Shown here: positions 1 through 11,805 of the stretch, in pieces
How the letters are laid out: every line of letters begins with the position of its first letter
Numbering within the stretch: the stretch's first letter is position 1
NCBI RefSeq assembly: GCF_001194135.2
Contig: NC_068993.1
Span: forward strand, 28,039,908 to 28,103,907
DNA length: 64,000 nucleotides
Direction of reading: 5' to 3'
Origin: Octopus bimaculoides
Taxonomy: Eukaryota
Made by a program: the position numbers and the translations under genes
The notes under the pieces: model-generated
What the model was told of the DNA's origin: nothing
Databases searched by the model: none
What the model saw: only the letters and a program-made list of their open reading frames with translations

Positions 1-160
1 ACTACTGCACAAAGTCAAAGCAAGGAGACAATAACATATATGCATTCACAACACAAAGCATGCCTACAAGCATGTGCACATGCACACACATAAACACATA
101 CATGTGCACACATACAAACACATGTGCATGCACACACACATGCATACATATGCATGCACT
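1..160. repeat. CA/TACA-rich low-complexity tract
   Basis: Degenerate (CA)n/(CATA)n seen directly. Confidence 0.85.
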
Positions 161-385
161 TATGACTTCAGTTAATAGCAATGATTGCTAAGTAACAACA
201 GTCACTTCTGTACAGGTACTAACCTCTCCATGGTCATTCGACTTGAAAGAAATAGCAGGTAAATGTTTATTAAATCACAAATTACAGCTTAAAAAAATAG
301 GAATTGACCTAGGGCCAAACAACAACAGCAGTATATACAGTTGAGGATACATTCAAAGGAAATCATATTGTCTCTTGTTACTTAC

Positions 386-484
386 CTGGAGGACATTTAT
401 AAGTTGGTCCAAAGAAAGATTCTCCACTTCTTCGACAACATGAATTTTTTCCAAACTTATTACACCTTTCTTGGTACCCCTTTT
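386..484 (-). CDS. Btk: Tec/Btk-family kinase, second coding exon (PH domain): KRGTKKGVISLEKIHVVEEVENLSLDQLINVLQ
   Basis: 99-nt open phase-0/phase-0 exon with acceptor ctttctttctacatacAG and donor CAG|GTAAGT. Resembles BTK [20 protein letters not shown]...PFQ. Not in the ORF track. Confidence 0.88.
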
Positions 485-1002
485 CTGTATGTAGAAAGAA
501 AGGAAAATGAATATGAATAAATGACGATTACACTGATCTAATTTATAGACAGTACCTACTGTAGAAACATTAGATAAACATGCTCTAGAACATGTTCATT
601 AATCAATTTTTTGATTTGCTTCAGTTATTTGACTTTGGTCATGCTGGTATACTGCCTTCTATGAAAACATTTGGGGATTCCATAAGATAGGGTGTCTTTA
701 AATCAAATATAAAAAATTTTCTCTCTAAAACAGTTGCTGGTGCACTTGATGTCTGATTAAAATAAGGGCAGTGACGTTTGTCTGTAAAATATAGGTAAGA
801 GTAGTGGAATATAAGGAAACTATAATAAATTCCACACCAAAATAATTAGGGGAACAGCTTTTCTTAACCATCATAGATTACATTGATTCATTTATTCATT
901 CTATGGGTTGATACTAATTTTACCAGCAACACAAGTGTAAAAAGGCAATGGGGATTACCCATGAGTTGAAATCACAATGTAAAGAGATATATAATCAATA
1001 TA

Positions 1003-2258
1003 CGAGGTGTATTTATTAAAGATTTCCCCTGACCCACTTCTCAAAAATAAACAAAACTTAGCATAATTATTAGTCCTTCTCATCATAGCCACCACCAGTG
1101 GTGATACAGTTCTCCCATTGCTTTATGCAGGTATGAAGATCTTGTCTGTAAAAGTAGGTAGGTTGCATCTGATGAACTTATTTACCTCGGAAATAAGTTC
1201 ATCATCATCTGAAAAGTGCTTCCTCTTAAAAAAAGACTTCAGGGTTGGAAAGAGGTGGAAGTCAGACGGTGTGAGGTTGGGAGAGTTAGGAGGATGAGGA
1301 AGGATTTCATAGCTGCAGGAGTGTGATTTCATTTGGGCAACATGCACATTGTGAATGGGGTGTTGTCTTGGAGGAGTCGGACACCTTTGGACAGTATGCT
1401 ATGCCTCTCTGCTTTGATGGTGTTCTGCAATTTCTGCAGCAGAAAAGCATAATATTCCCCATTAATTGTGGTGCCCTTTGCCAGGAAATCAACCATCACT
1501 ACTCCGTGCTGGTACCAACTGTGAGCATCACCATTCCTCCTGAGGGTTGGACATGAACCTTCTTTGGAGGTGGTGAGTTATCATACTTCTATTGCTTCAA
1601 CTGGACTTTAGTTTCAGGATCATAGTGATGGACCCACATTTCATCCTGTGTGACAAGTCTACCCAAAAAAGTCCCCCTTGTTTTCTTGGCACATTGCCAA
1701 AAGAGCCTGGGAGAAACTGACTTGTTCCTGCTTCTGAAAAGGTATGAGCATCTGGGGAATCCATTGTTCAGACAACTTCTGCATGTGCAAATGGTCGTGA
1801 ATGGACCCTACATTTATCTTCACTTTTTGGGCTAGTTGCCAAATAGTTATGCAGTGATCCTCCAAAATTACAGTTTCCACTTTATCAATGGCAGAATGTG
1901 GTCATCCAAGAATAGGAGTAATTTCCACCGATGTCCGACCACATTTGAACTGGCAATGCCAGTGCCTGACTACATCGTATGATGGTGCATCATCACCATA
2001 AACTTCTTTCATCTCATTGAAAGTCGCTTTTGGTGTATGGACTTTCAAGTATAAGAACTTGATCACTGATCTGCATTCAACTGCCTCCATTATAACACTT
2101 TAGTTCACTTCAGTAGCCATAAAAGACAAACAAATACTGGTGGAAAGCTGAAATTTACAATATGACATGTAGAGACATGTATAGTTATACCTGTATAAGC
2201 TCTGTTTCCTACAATAACTGGAAGTGAGTCAGGGGAAATCTTTAATGAACACCCCTCA
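1003..2258 (-). mobile_element. Full-length decayed mariner DNA transposon (about 1.26 kb)
   Basis: Imperfect TIRs of about 38 bp (cgaggtgtatttattaaagatttcccctgacccacttc / gaagtgagtcaggggaaatctttaatgaacacccctca) with TA on both flanks. Transposase remnants MEAVECRSVIKFL...PSYDVVRHW, WIPQML, HPPNSPNLTPSDFHLF (YSPDL motif). Confidence 0.93.
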
Positions 2259-2789
2259 TATATATATATATATATATTAATTCTCTAAATTAGGTATTAA
2301 CAGTAACTGCACGATAAAGTGAAGTATATTGCCACTTAAATGTGGCTGACCCCTAGGGGTGGATGTTACTGTTGCTTTTAGCCCCAGGAGGACATCTCCT
2401 CCAGCTGGCTTATCGACACACTTCTGTGTCCTGTTTGTTTTGCCAAGGGAAGTTATCCCTCTCATCGGGTNNNNNNNNNNNNNNNNNNNNNNNNNNNNNN
2501 NNNNNNNNNNNNNNNNNNNNNNNNNNNNNNNNNNNNNNNNNNNNNNNNNNNNNNNNNNNNNNNNNNNNNNNNNNNNNNNNNNNNNNNNNNNNNNNNNNNN
2601 NNNNNNNNNNNNNNNNNNNNNNNNNNNNNNNNNNNNNNNNNNNNNNNNNNNNNNNNNNNNNNNNNNNNNNNNNNNNNNNNNNNGAGTCAGGGGAAATCTT
2701 TAATGAACACCCCTCATATATATATATATATATATTAATTCTCTAAATTAGGTATTAACAGTAACTGCACGATAAAGTGAAGTATATTG

Positions 2790-3110
2790 CCACTTAAATG
2801 TGGCTGACCCCTAGGAGTGGATGTTACTGTTGCTTTTAGCCCCAGGAGGACATCTCCTCCAGCTGGCTTATCGACACACTTCTGTGTCCTGTTTGTTTTG
2901 CCAAGGGAAGTTATCCCTCTCATCGGGTTTCAGGGTTATTTCCCTTCGTCAGCGTCCGAAATAACCGAAATAACCCTGAAACCCGGGTCCGTTATTTCCT
3001 ATTTGCTTACCCTTAGAAGGTATGAAAAATGGCTATTTCCTTCAAAACTTGCTTTTGTTACATTTATTCAAGCAAATCTGTGGTATTGAGCAGAATATTT
3101 GCTATGATGA
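2790..3110. mobile_element. Probable Penelope-like terminal fragment with a 19-bp hairpin (2924-2985)
   Basis: cgggtttcagggttatttc / gaaataaccctgaaacccg perfect inverted repeat. Minus strand reads CTGACGA-AGGG-AAATAA-CCCT-GAAAC. Confidence 0.45.
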
Positions 3111-4427
3111 TATCTCTGTTTCAACAACTCTACTGAAACTGTTTGAAATGTAATAGAAAATAGATCAGTTTCAAAACATTGATGTCCATGTCACAAAGGC
3201 AAAGTTTGAAGGGAACAGTAGTCATTTCCCTTGATTTCTAGATAGAAGCAAATAGGAAATGACACTTACTGACCAAAGATGAAAAAAAATTTTTAATTTT
3301 GTTACACAGTGTTGTCAAACAAGTATATCATTCCATTGACCTTTTTATTATCAACCAATCTCAGACCGTCTTGGGTTCTATGTTACAAACTTCAGATTTT
3401 GAAGTAACACCTGTTTATAGTGACACCTCCTGCAATCAGCTTGAGAATCTTTTGTTTTCATCTCATCTTAATATATAAAGCTGAAGTTGTGTGTGTGTGA
3501 AGCCTTTTTAAAAGTGTATAGAAATCCACATTTTCCACTTTTGCGTAAAAATTTTTACATCAATGGAATTTTCTCGATGTGAACTTTCCAGTGCAGTAAT
3601 TAGATTTTTAAAATTCCGTTTACTTTGTGTGATTTAAGGGAGATTTGGCTGTTGTTTCTAGCAAGTTTTATATTTCTTCCCTTCTACTTGGAACGCCGTT
3701 CTTACACACGCGCTCAACATATAATATAGAGAGTAAGAGTAAAAGAGGGAGAGAGAGAGAGAGAGAGAGAGANNNNNNNNNNNNNNNNNNNNNNNNNNNN
3801 NNNNNNNNNNNNNNNNNNNNNNNNNNNNNNNNNNNNNNNNNNNNNNNNNNNNNNNNNNNNNNNNNNNNNNNNNNNNNNNNNNNNNNNNNNNNNNNNNNNN
3901 NNNNNNNNNNNNNNNNNNNNNNNNNNNNNNNNNNNNNNNNNNNNNNNNNNNNNNNNNNNNNNNNNNNNNNNNNNNNNNNNNNNNNNNNNNNNNNNNNNNN
4001 NNNNNNNNNNNNNNNNNNNNNNNNNNNNNNNNNNNNNNNNNNNNNNNNNNNNNNNNNNNNNNNNNNNNNNNNNNNNNNNNNNNNNNNNNNNNNNNNNNNN
4101 NNNNNNNNNNNNNNNNNNNNNNNNNNNNNNNNNNNNNNNNNNNNNNNNNNNNNNNNNNNNNNNNNNNNNNNNNNNNNNNNNNNNNNNNNNNNNNNNNNNN
4201 NNNNNNNNNNTTATGTGCTTATGTGCATCCGTAGATTGCTAATGAAGTAATAGGCAGTAAAGAGAAGCCGTCATAAGAAAACTTTTAACTACCTCTATTC
4301 CTTTCTCCCCCTCTCTCTACCGCTTCCTCTCTCGCTCTCTCAAACGCATACACATGCAAGTACACAATCATTCAGTAAAATATAACTCATGTTCGTCAAT
4401 GTTTTGTAAATATACCACGATTTTCAC

Positions 4428-4592
4428 TAGGGTGTTAGGGTTAGGGTTTTAGGGTCAGGGTTTAGGGTTACGGTTACAGTTAGGGTTAGGATTAGTGTTA
4501 CGGTTACGGCTTTAGGGTTAGAGTTAGAGTTTATGGTTAGTGTTAGGGTTAGGATTAGGGTTAGGTTTAGGGTTTTAGGGTTAGGGTTGGGT
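4428..4592 (+). repeat. Degenerate interstitial telomere-like (TTAGGG)n tract
   Basis: Roughly 25 units of TTAGGG and variants (TTACGG, TCAGGG, TTAGAG, TTAGTG). Confidence 0.9.
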
Positions 4593-5186
4593 AATCGTGT
4601 GGGTGTTAATCTGAAAAAATACAGAAATGTGAAAACTACCAACCCTGCCATCTATTATATCTTTTGTTGTTCTGTTTAATATATACATAGATTATGCCTC
4701 CAAAGAAGAGAGTTTGCTGGGGAAAGAAAGCAACCGGTTTAAAATGACAGCAACAGACTGCAGCAATTCACCACATTCCAGAACCTACTTTGAACATAAT
4801 GCAAAATGGTGCATCAACATCTACCGTCCAATCTGTTAGAATTCTGGCAGAACTGTGTAGCAACAGATTGCCAGCAATTGCTTCATCAGAAATTGCCGTC
4901 CTAGCTCCTGCTAAAAGGGCAGCGCAAAAATTTGTTTTGCACAAGCATTTCTATAGCCAATTAGACAGATGAAATTTACGTACTCTTAATAATGTCACGC
5001 AAAACAGTCTTCAGACTTTCCCTATTAATTTCATCGTCTTTTGAATTATGACCATATTTACATCATAAGGGTTTTTTTCGTTGTAATGCTTTCTTATTTA
5101 GTTGATTTTCACCTAGCAAGACTTATTGTAGATAGCGTAATAAGTCACACCCGGACAATGTCGGGTTATACTGCTAGTATAAAATA

Positions 5187-5581
5187 TTACTCTTTTACTT
5201 GTTTCAGTCATTTGACTGCAGCCATGCTGGAGCACCGCCTTTAGTCAAGCAAATCGACCCCAGGACTTATTGTTTGTAAGCCTAGTACTTATTCTATCGG
5301 TCTCTTCTGCCGAACTGCTAAGTTACAGGGACGTAAACACACCAGCAACGGTTGTCAAGTGATGTTGGTGGGGACAAACACAGACACACAAACACACGTA
5401 TATATATATACATATATACGATGGGCTTCTTTCAATTTTCGTCTACCAAATCCACTCACAAGGCTTTGGTCGGCCCGAGGGTATAGTAGAAGACACTTGC
5501 CCAAGGTGCCACGCAGTGGGGCTGAACCCAGAACCATGTGGTTGGTAAACAAGCTACTTACCACACAGCCACTCCTGCACC
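5187..5581 (-). mobile_element. tRNA-derived SINE (family A)
   Basis: Minus-strand head with A box TGGCTGTGTGG and B box GGTTCAGCCC, internal (TA)/(CA) tract and AAAGAGTAA tail. Many copies in the window. Confidence 0.9.
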
Positions 5582-5820
5582 TAATAATATACCAATAATT
5601 AAAAATTAATAAATGAATTAATAATGAAACATTGGTTATTTTATTAAGATCCTACCACATTCTTCATTATTTTTCAAGACTAATTAAAACATATGGATAT
5701 TGTATTTCAACAGAAATATGATAATGAAAAGGTTAAAGATAAATTATAGTTAATCAGTAAATGATGTTTGTAGTAAATAAATACAATTGATGGTAGAAAC
5801 ATTAAGATAACAGCAACAAC

Positions 5821-5886
5821 AAGATATACTACTGAAGGTAACAAGATATATCATTGATGGTAACAAGATATATCATTGATGGTAAC
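5821..5886. repeat. 22-bp tandem repeat x3
   Basis: Unit aagatatatcattgatggtaac; the first copy is diverged. Confidence 0.85.
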
Positions 5887-7552
5887 AACAACACAAAGAT
5901 ACTGCTGAGACAAGAAAGAAGACATTCCTTCAAAATTTCAAGAATCTGTTTGTTTTCCTCGAGACTAATTACTTCTGGTTTATTTTGACAACAATTAGAT
6001 TACTGTAGTATTTTTTTCTTTTTTAAAAATAGCTTTCTCCAAAACATAGACCCTCTCCATCTTTAATTAAATCATTAGTGCCACTATCAAACTAATCAGT
6101 CACTGATACTAACAGTGGTGGTGGTTAGTATTTGTAATAGTAACAAATCACTGAAACCATCTTCCCCACCACCCCTTATCATCATCACTAACTACTAATG
6201 CAATAGCTAATGAGAATGTAAGAGCCTCTAAGTGGTCATCAATATGCTAGATATGACAGTCAAACTTCCTTCCAACTAGAAAAGGATGTATTGAATAATA
6301 TGATTCTGAATTTCCTGCACAAAGGCAAAAGATGAAATGGTCATGAGTGGAATATCTTTGATCGTAGGTCTACCGGACCAGGGTTGACCCAAGTCTAAAC
6401 AACATACCAATGAAGAAGTCATTCAAACTTCTAAACATAGCAGCCAGTTCTCTCTCAAATAACACTGTACCATATTGAAAACAAAAAATTAGAACATGTA
6501 TTGGAGAACGGAATGACCATGTTTGGAGCACCTATGATCTCAGACATGCTTGATGAGAACTGACCTGGATGCTAAACAGTAGCAACAACCATCAGAAACT
6601 CAGGGTTAGAATTTGGGGAGGGGGGGGAAGTGTTATTTGATTAAATAGTCTCCAGTATTTGACTAGTACTTTATTTTCATTACCTTGAGAGAATAAAAGG
6701 CAAAGTTAACCATGGCAGGATTTGATCGCAGAATATAAAGGGCCGTATTGAAAGGTATTTTGTTCAATAAACTGGCAATTCTATTAATCCACTACCATTA
6801 CCATAATAATGATAACAGTAATAACTTCATCATCATTATCAACTACTACTACTACTTGTGTCAGTGTCCACCCAGGATGAGTTGTGTTGGCTCTGTACAC
6901 TCCTTAGAGCCTTCAAGAGAAATTTTATACAAAGAAGAACAAAAATGCTTCCCCCAGGGATCAAAGATGCTCCTCTCCAAATTCAAGGAGGTGATGAAAG
7001 TTTCTTCATGTTTTTAGAGTGGAACTCTTCAAATATTCATTGTCCCTTCTCTCCACACCACAGATTGATGAAGTAACTTCTTATAACTCTTCCCACTACT
7101 TCTATCACCACCACCCTCATACAGTACTGGAAGTAATTGTAGTCAGGATGTTGGTGAACAGCTCTACTTCATTTCTGATTGGGCAAACCAGTCTGTAAAT
7201 TTGGGGTTAGGGGTTAGAATTAGTTATAGTAACCCTACAATCAGTATTTCCCTGACACTTTATTTTATTAAACCCCACCCAAGAAGGATGAAAATCAAAG
7301 TTGACTATGGTGAAATTTGAAATCTGTATATAAAGAGACATGTAAACATCTCATGTCACTTGGTCCAACAGTCTACCAATTCTGTTAATTCACTGATCTG
7401 AGATCCAGACCTTAATAGTGGAGTTGCACTATTGATAGTTCACTAATGCTACATCTACTATTATTACCTCTCACCATTGTCACAACTATGAGCCAACTAG
7501 AGAGTTTTTGTGTGGTCACTCAAGTTACTAAAAATAGCCACCAAATAGCTAT

Positions 7553-7830
7553 TTAACATTTAAGCTGGCTTTATCCAGCCCAAATATTCTACCTGTTTTA
7601 TGTTAAATCTGGCCAGATCTGGCCTCTTACATCTACACTACAATGCCATTCTAAAAATAAACAATTGTAGCATTGAAATCTCAAAAGTACAAGATAATGC
7701 ATAATTAATTCAAAACAATGTAAGCCATACAGTATCTCAAAGTTATGAGATAATGTATGATTAATTCAAAACAATGTGAATAAATAAGCCTAACTTTTGA
7801 CAGAGTGATCTGAATGCCAAAGCTGGATAA
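7553..7830. mobile_element. Degenerate non-autonomous DNA element (MITE-like) with an internal duplication of about 55 bp
   Basis: Duplicated gataatg..attaattcaaaacaatgt segment. Resembles a common octopus repeat (recalled, not searched). TIRs are decayed. Confidence 0.35.
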
Positions 7831-8661
7831 AGACGTCTTTGATAATATCTCTGTAAGATTAGGGCTGATTTAGGGTTAAACAAAAATTAACACAACTAAA
7901 TTACCTTACCACAATCATCACCACCAATTCTGCTACCACAACCTTCACCACTGACTCTATCATCACCTCTACAATACAGCAACAGCAGTAATAGATCTGT
8001 ACAAATTGTTCATGGTAAGGAGAGTGGTGGTGCTGTGAGTTATGTTGTTAGTGGTAAGTGTTGTGGTGGTAGTGGTGGTGTTGTGGTAATGGTGATAGAG
8101 TAGGTGTTGTAGTTGTGATACCAAATAATTAAAACAGGATGATCCTAGTTGTATATTAAAATGTCATGTGATGTCAATGAGTGCTCAATGAGTGAGTCTA
8201 GTCTTTCTCATGTCAGAGCTGATTGGTTGAGAAACCTTAATTAAGCTTGATGAGAAATTAACTATTGCTATGACTACCATTACCACTGCTGCCACTATTA
8301 CCACCAATATCAGTCAGCTCTCCAGGGTCACATGTACTACAGACTTAAATCATAGTATTATGCACCCCNNNNNNNNNNATGCATGTATGTAAAGAAGGAA
8401 AGATTAAAAGAAAATGTTTGATTGCTTCAGCTCTGAAATAGAATGTGAAGCATTTTTGAGTGTGTTTGTTACCACACATACATGTATAACATATGAATGG
8501 TAACATAAAATAAACATAGCTTTACAAAATAAATGGCACATATTATAAAATCACAGCATACAAAGATTATAAATGGAGCAAAATATGAGAAAGGCAGAAA
8601 TATATAAATCACAGACAAAATATACAAATATTATATACTCATACACAACACACTATGATCA

Positions 8662-9540
8662 TCATCATTTAACATCCCTGTTCCTTTCCAGAATGGGTTG
8701 GATGATTTGACAAAGATCAGATGCATTGTGCTCCAGTGTCTGCTTTCATATGATTTCTGTGGATGCATGCCCTCTCTAATATCAATCACATTGCAGTGTG
8801 TACTAGGTGCTTTTTTTTCTCATGCCACAGGCAGTATTGAGGTTTCCATGTGGCTTGTAAGTCTACAAAGCTTGAGGTGGGGGGGGGGGTGCATCCTTAT
8901 GTTAGATGGGAGTTAAGGTATAAGAGAAGAGGTTGGTAGTAGAGAAGGTTCTTGTAGAGGAGCTACATGGCTACTCAGAGTCAGGGGAGAGAATGAGAAC
9001 GAATCAGGAGTAGCTCGGAAGACACAAATGATGGTGATGTGGTGGCATTCAAGGGACAGGGTGAGTAGTGGTGAGTGGGGACAGAGAAGCTTGGAGGTGT
9101 GTGTGTAGATTTACAAGAGGGTAGGAGCAGGGGAAGGGATAGTAAAAATGGGAAAGAGAGAGGTAGGCAACATCTGTAAAGATTGGGAGAGGTTGAAGGG
9201 GAGATGGAGGAAGTGATAGATATGGGGAGATAGAAGGTGCATGTGGATGCTGGCAGCAGGATAGTAATGATGATACAGTTGATAGGAAGAGGAAAAAAGA
9301 TGATGTGCTTGAGTAGGCTGCAGGAGGGGTTAAAAAGAGAGACAAGGATAGTGGATGACAAGAGATAATTTGGTGGTCTGGGGATGGGATGGCCAAAGTA
9401 ACATGTGGGTGTAGAAGACAATGTAAATGGTTCTGAATAACAAGAAAGAAAAGTGGTATCAGGAGATGGAGAGGAGGAATATCAGAGATGTGGGGAAGGA
9501 TTATGTGGGGAGAACATTAAGTGAGGTACCCATATAAATA
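8662..9540 (-). mobile_element. RTE-type LINE 3' tail with purine-rich UTR, highly decayed
   Basis: (CAT)n-ttaacatc tail, similar to 33860-34520. Confidence 0.5.
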
Positions 9541-10690
9541 TGTACTTATCTGTTTACGTATTTTTCACTTGTTGGTGATGTCCTGTACTTGATGCATTTT
9601 ATATCTATTTATTTATAATGGAATACCATGCAGCCTTGTCCACAGTAAGTTTTTACTCATATTTATAATTTCTCCGACTCTATTCTCCCTTCCCTATCAT
9701 TCTTTCTCTCTATAATCCTCTTTATTTTCCGTTTCTCCCCCTTCTTCTTTGCTGCCCCCTGTCTATCTTTCATTCCTTCTCCCTTCTCCTCACTCCCTTT
9801 GTTTCTTTCCCTCATCCTTACTCCTGTCTCCCTTCTCCTCACTCCCTTTGTTTCTTTCCCTCATCCTTACTCCTGTCTCCCTTCTCCTCTGCCTGTTTGC
9901 TCCAACAGGCCATTTCTCTCACCTCTGTCTTTTCTGGATGCCATGTCTACTCAGTTGGATGTCATTTTTCTTGCCTCCAGACATTGTTTTCTCTTCTACT
10001 ATTTTCTTCTCTTCTATCTATTCTATATCCTTTCAAAATATCTCCCAGGCTTTACTCATTATACAATGCGTCTAGGCCTAATTGCCCTTAATGTTTGTCT
10101 TCGTACATCCACTCTGTCCTTGTTTGTTCGTTCAAAGCTCTAACTCTCCACAAATTTTATATTTTAAAAATTTCTGGATGCTGCTGTCTCATGAAGGTTT
10201 TCTATCTTGTCGTTGAAAGCTCGAAATAAGGAGTAATTAACAGTCAACAACTAAGGAGGGGTTAGATTTCTTTTGGTATTTTGTGCTGTACTTGTTTCTT
10301 ATTATGTGTTCATGTATTTTTCAGCTGTTGGTGATGTCCTGTTCTTATTGTATATTTTTTGGTATTTTGTCGTGTACTTATCTCTCGTGTGTTTACATAC
10401 TTTTCACTCAGTGGTGATGTCTTGTACTTGATATATTTTATATTTATTTAATTATATATATATATATACATATATTGTTGTGTCTGAGGAGAGTCAGTGT
10501 TAGGAACATAAATTGTGACTAAGGTTTGGTGGAAGATTTTAATTTAAAACTTATGAAAAGACATTTGTACTCAGAGCCAGAGCCAGTTTCAGCAGCTGAA
10601 ACTGGCTCTGGCTCTGAGTACAAATGTCTTCTTTTCATAAGTTTTGAATTAAAATCTTCCACCAAACCTTAGTCACAATTTATGCTGGTA
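9500..10690. mobile_element. Composite Penelope-like repeat: direct repeats (about 9540-9620 and 10270-10450), a 49-bp tandem unit x2.3 (9779-9889) and a terminal 178-bp palindrome (10507-10684)
   Basis: All repeat structures are seen directly. The Penelope assignment is inferred from architecture. Confidence 0.5.
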
Positions 10691-10888
10691 ACAAAAGGAT
10701 TAATCTGTTGGTTAAACAATCAATCAGTTGTTTGTCAAGGTCCTTTAATCACCATTTGCAAGCTCATCAATGACATGTCCTCTCTCTTCCAGATCTGCTT
10801 CGAGTCTGTCTCAGAATTAATCCTATGTCTATGAACATGTAGAGGTGTGATCACTTACATGAGAAGGGAAGGGAAAGAGTAGAGGAAG

Positions 10889-10930
<42 letters not shown>

Positions 10931-10934
10931 TGTG

Positions 10935-11805
10935 TCAACATGGACACCTTATTGATTCAACTATGAGATCTAGATCACCAGCATATAACATGCAAGGACT
11001 GAGATATCAGTGGTGAGAAATATATTCAGAATATTGGAAGCATACTCATAATTGGTATGGAAGCTAAGAATGTGACATGGAAATCTTATGAGAGGTTGTT
11101 GAAAGTGCACAATGCATGAGATAAAGAAGAGCTGCCTTGTGCTGGCCTTACAGAAGGACCAGCAATTCGAGGTGACAGTAACATAATAGATAAAGTAATC
11201 AATGACATGAAGGGAGGGAAAGCTACAGGTCCATCTGGGATAATTGTGGAGATTCCCAAAATATACAGTGAGGTGGGGTACAAGATTACCACCCAGATAG
11301 TAAATCAAGTTATATAAGGAGTCATTCACAATGACTGGCATAGCAGTATCATTGCAGAGTGTTAGAAAAGCAAGAGAGATACCTTACAAATAAGCAGTAA
11401 CAGAGGAATTAAATTACCAAATCAGGTTATGAGGGTCAGAGAGAGTCATAGCACAAGTGATTTGATACAAGACAGAGCTCGGTGAGATGCAGTTTGATTT
11501 TGTACCTAGAAGAGGTACCACAAATGCAATCTTCCTAGTGAGACAACTGCAGGAGAGATAGCTAAGAGTAAATCATTATTCTTGGTTTTCACTGACTTGG
11601 AAAAGGCATTTGACAGGGTACCACATATAGTAATCTGGTGGTCACTAAGGAAACTAGGTGTTGAAGAATGGGTTGCAAGAGCTGTACTATCCATGTACAA
11701 AGCTGCAGTAAGTGTGAATCAACAATGATTTCAGTGAGGAATTTAGTGTGAGTGTTGGAGTGCACTGAGGCTCACTTCTCAGTCCCCTCCTATTCATCAT
11801 ATAAT
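10935..11805 (+). mobile_element. RTE-clade LINE reverse transcriptase fragment
   Basis: EMQFDFVPRRGTTNAIFLVRQLQE...FTDLEKAFDRVPH..IWWSLRKLGVEEW...GSLLSPLLF, with stops and frameshifts. Confidence 0.88.

Noticed and set aside
2226-2928. Direct duplication of about 245 bp including the mariner right TIR on both sides of the N gap 2471-2683
   Set aside because: The copies are near-identical (one substitution seen) and abut a gap. This is most likely overlapping contig ends or uncollapsed haplotypes, not a second mariner end.
5187-5581. tRNA-like A/B boxes here and in other SINE heads
   Set aside because: These are multicopy SINE heads followed by SINE bodies, with no complete cloverleaf; they are not tRNA genes.
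8981-10143. S/P/L/F-rich ORFs of 100-146 aa
   Set aside because: They are translations of purine/pyrimidine low-complexity and tandem repeats with no domain signature.
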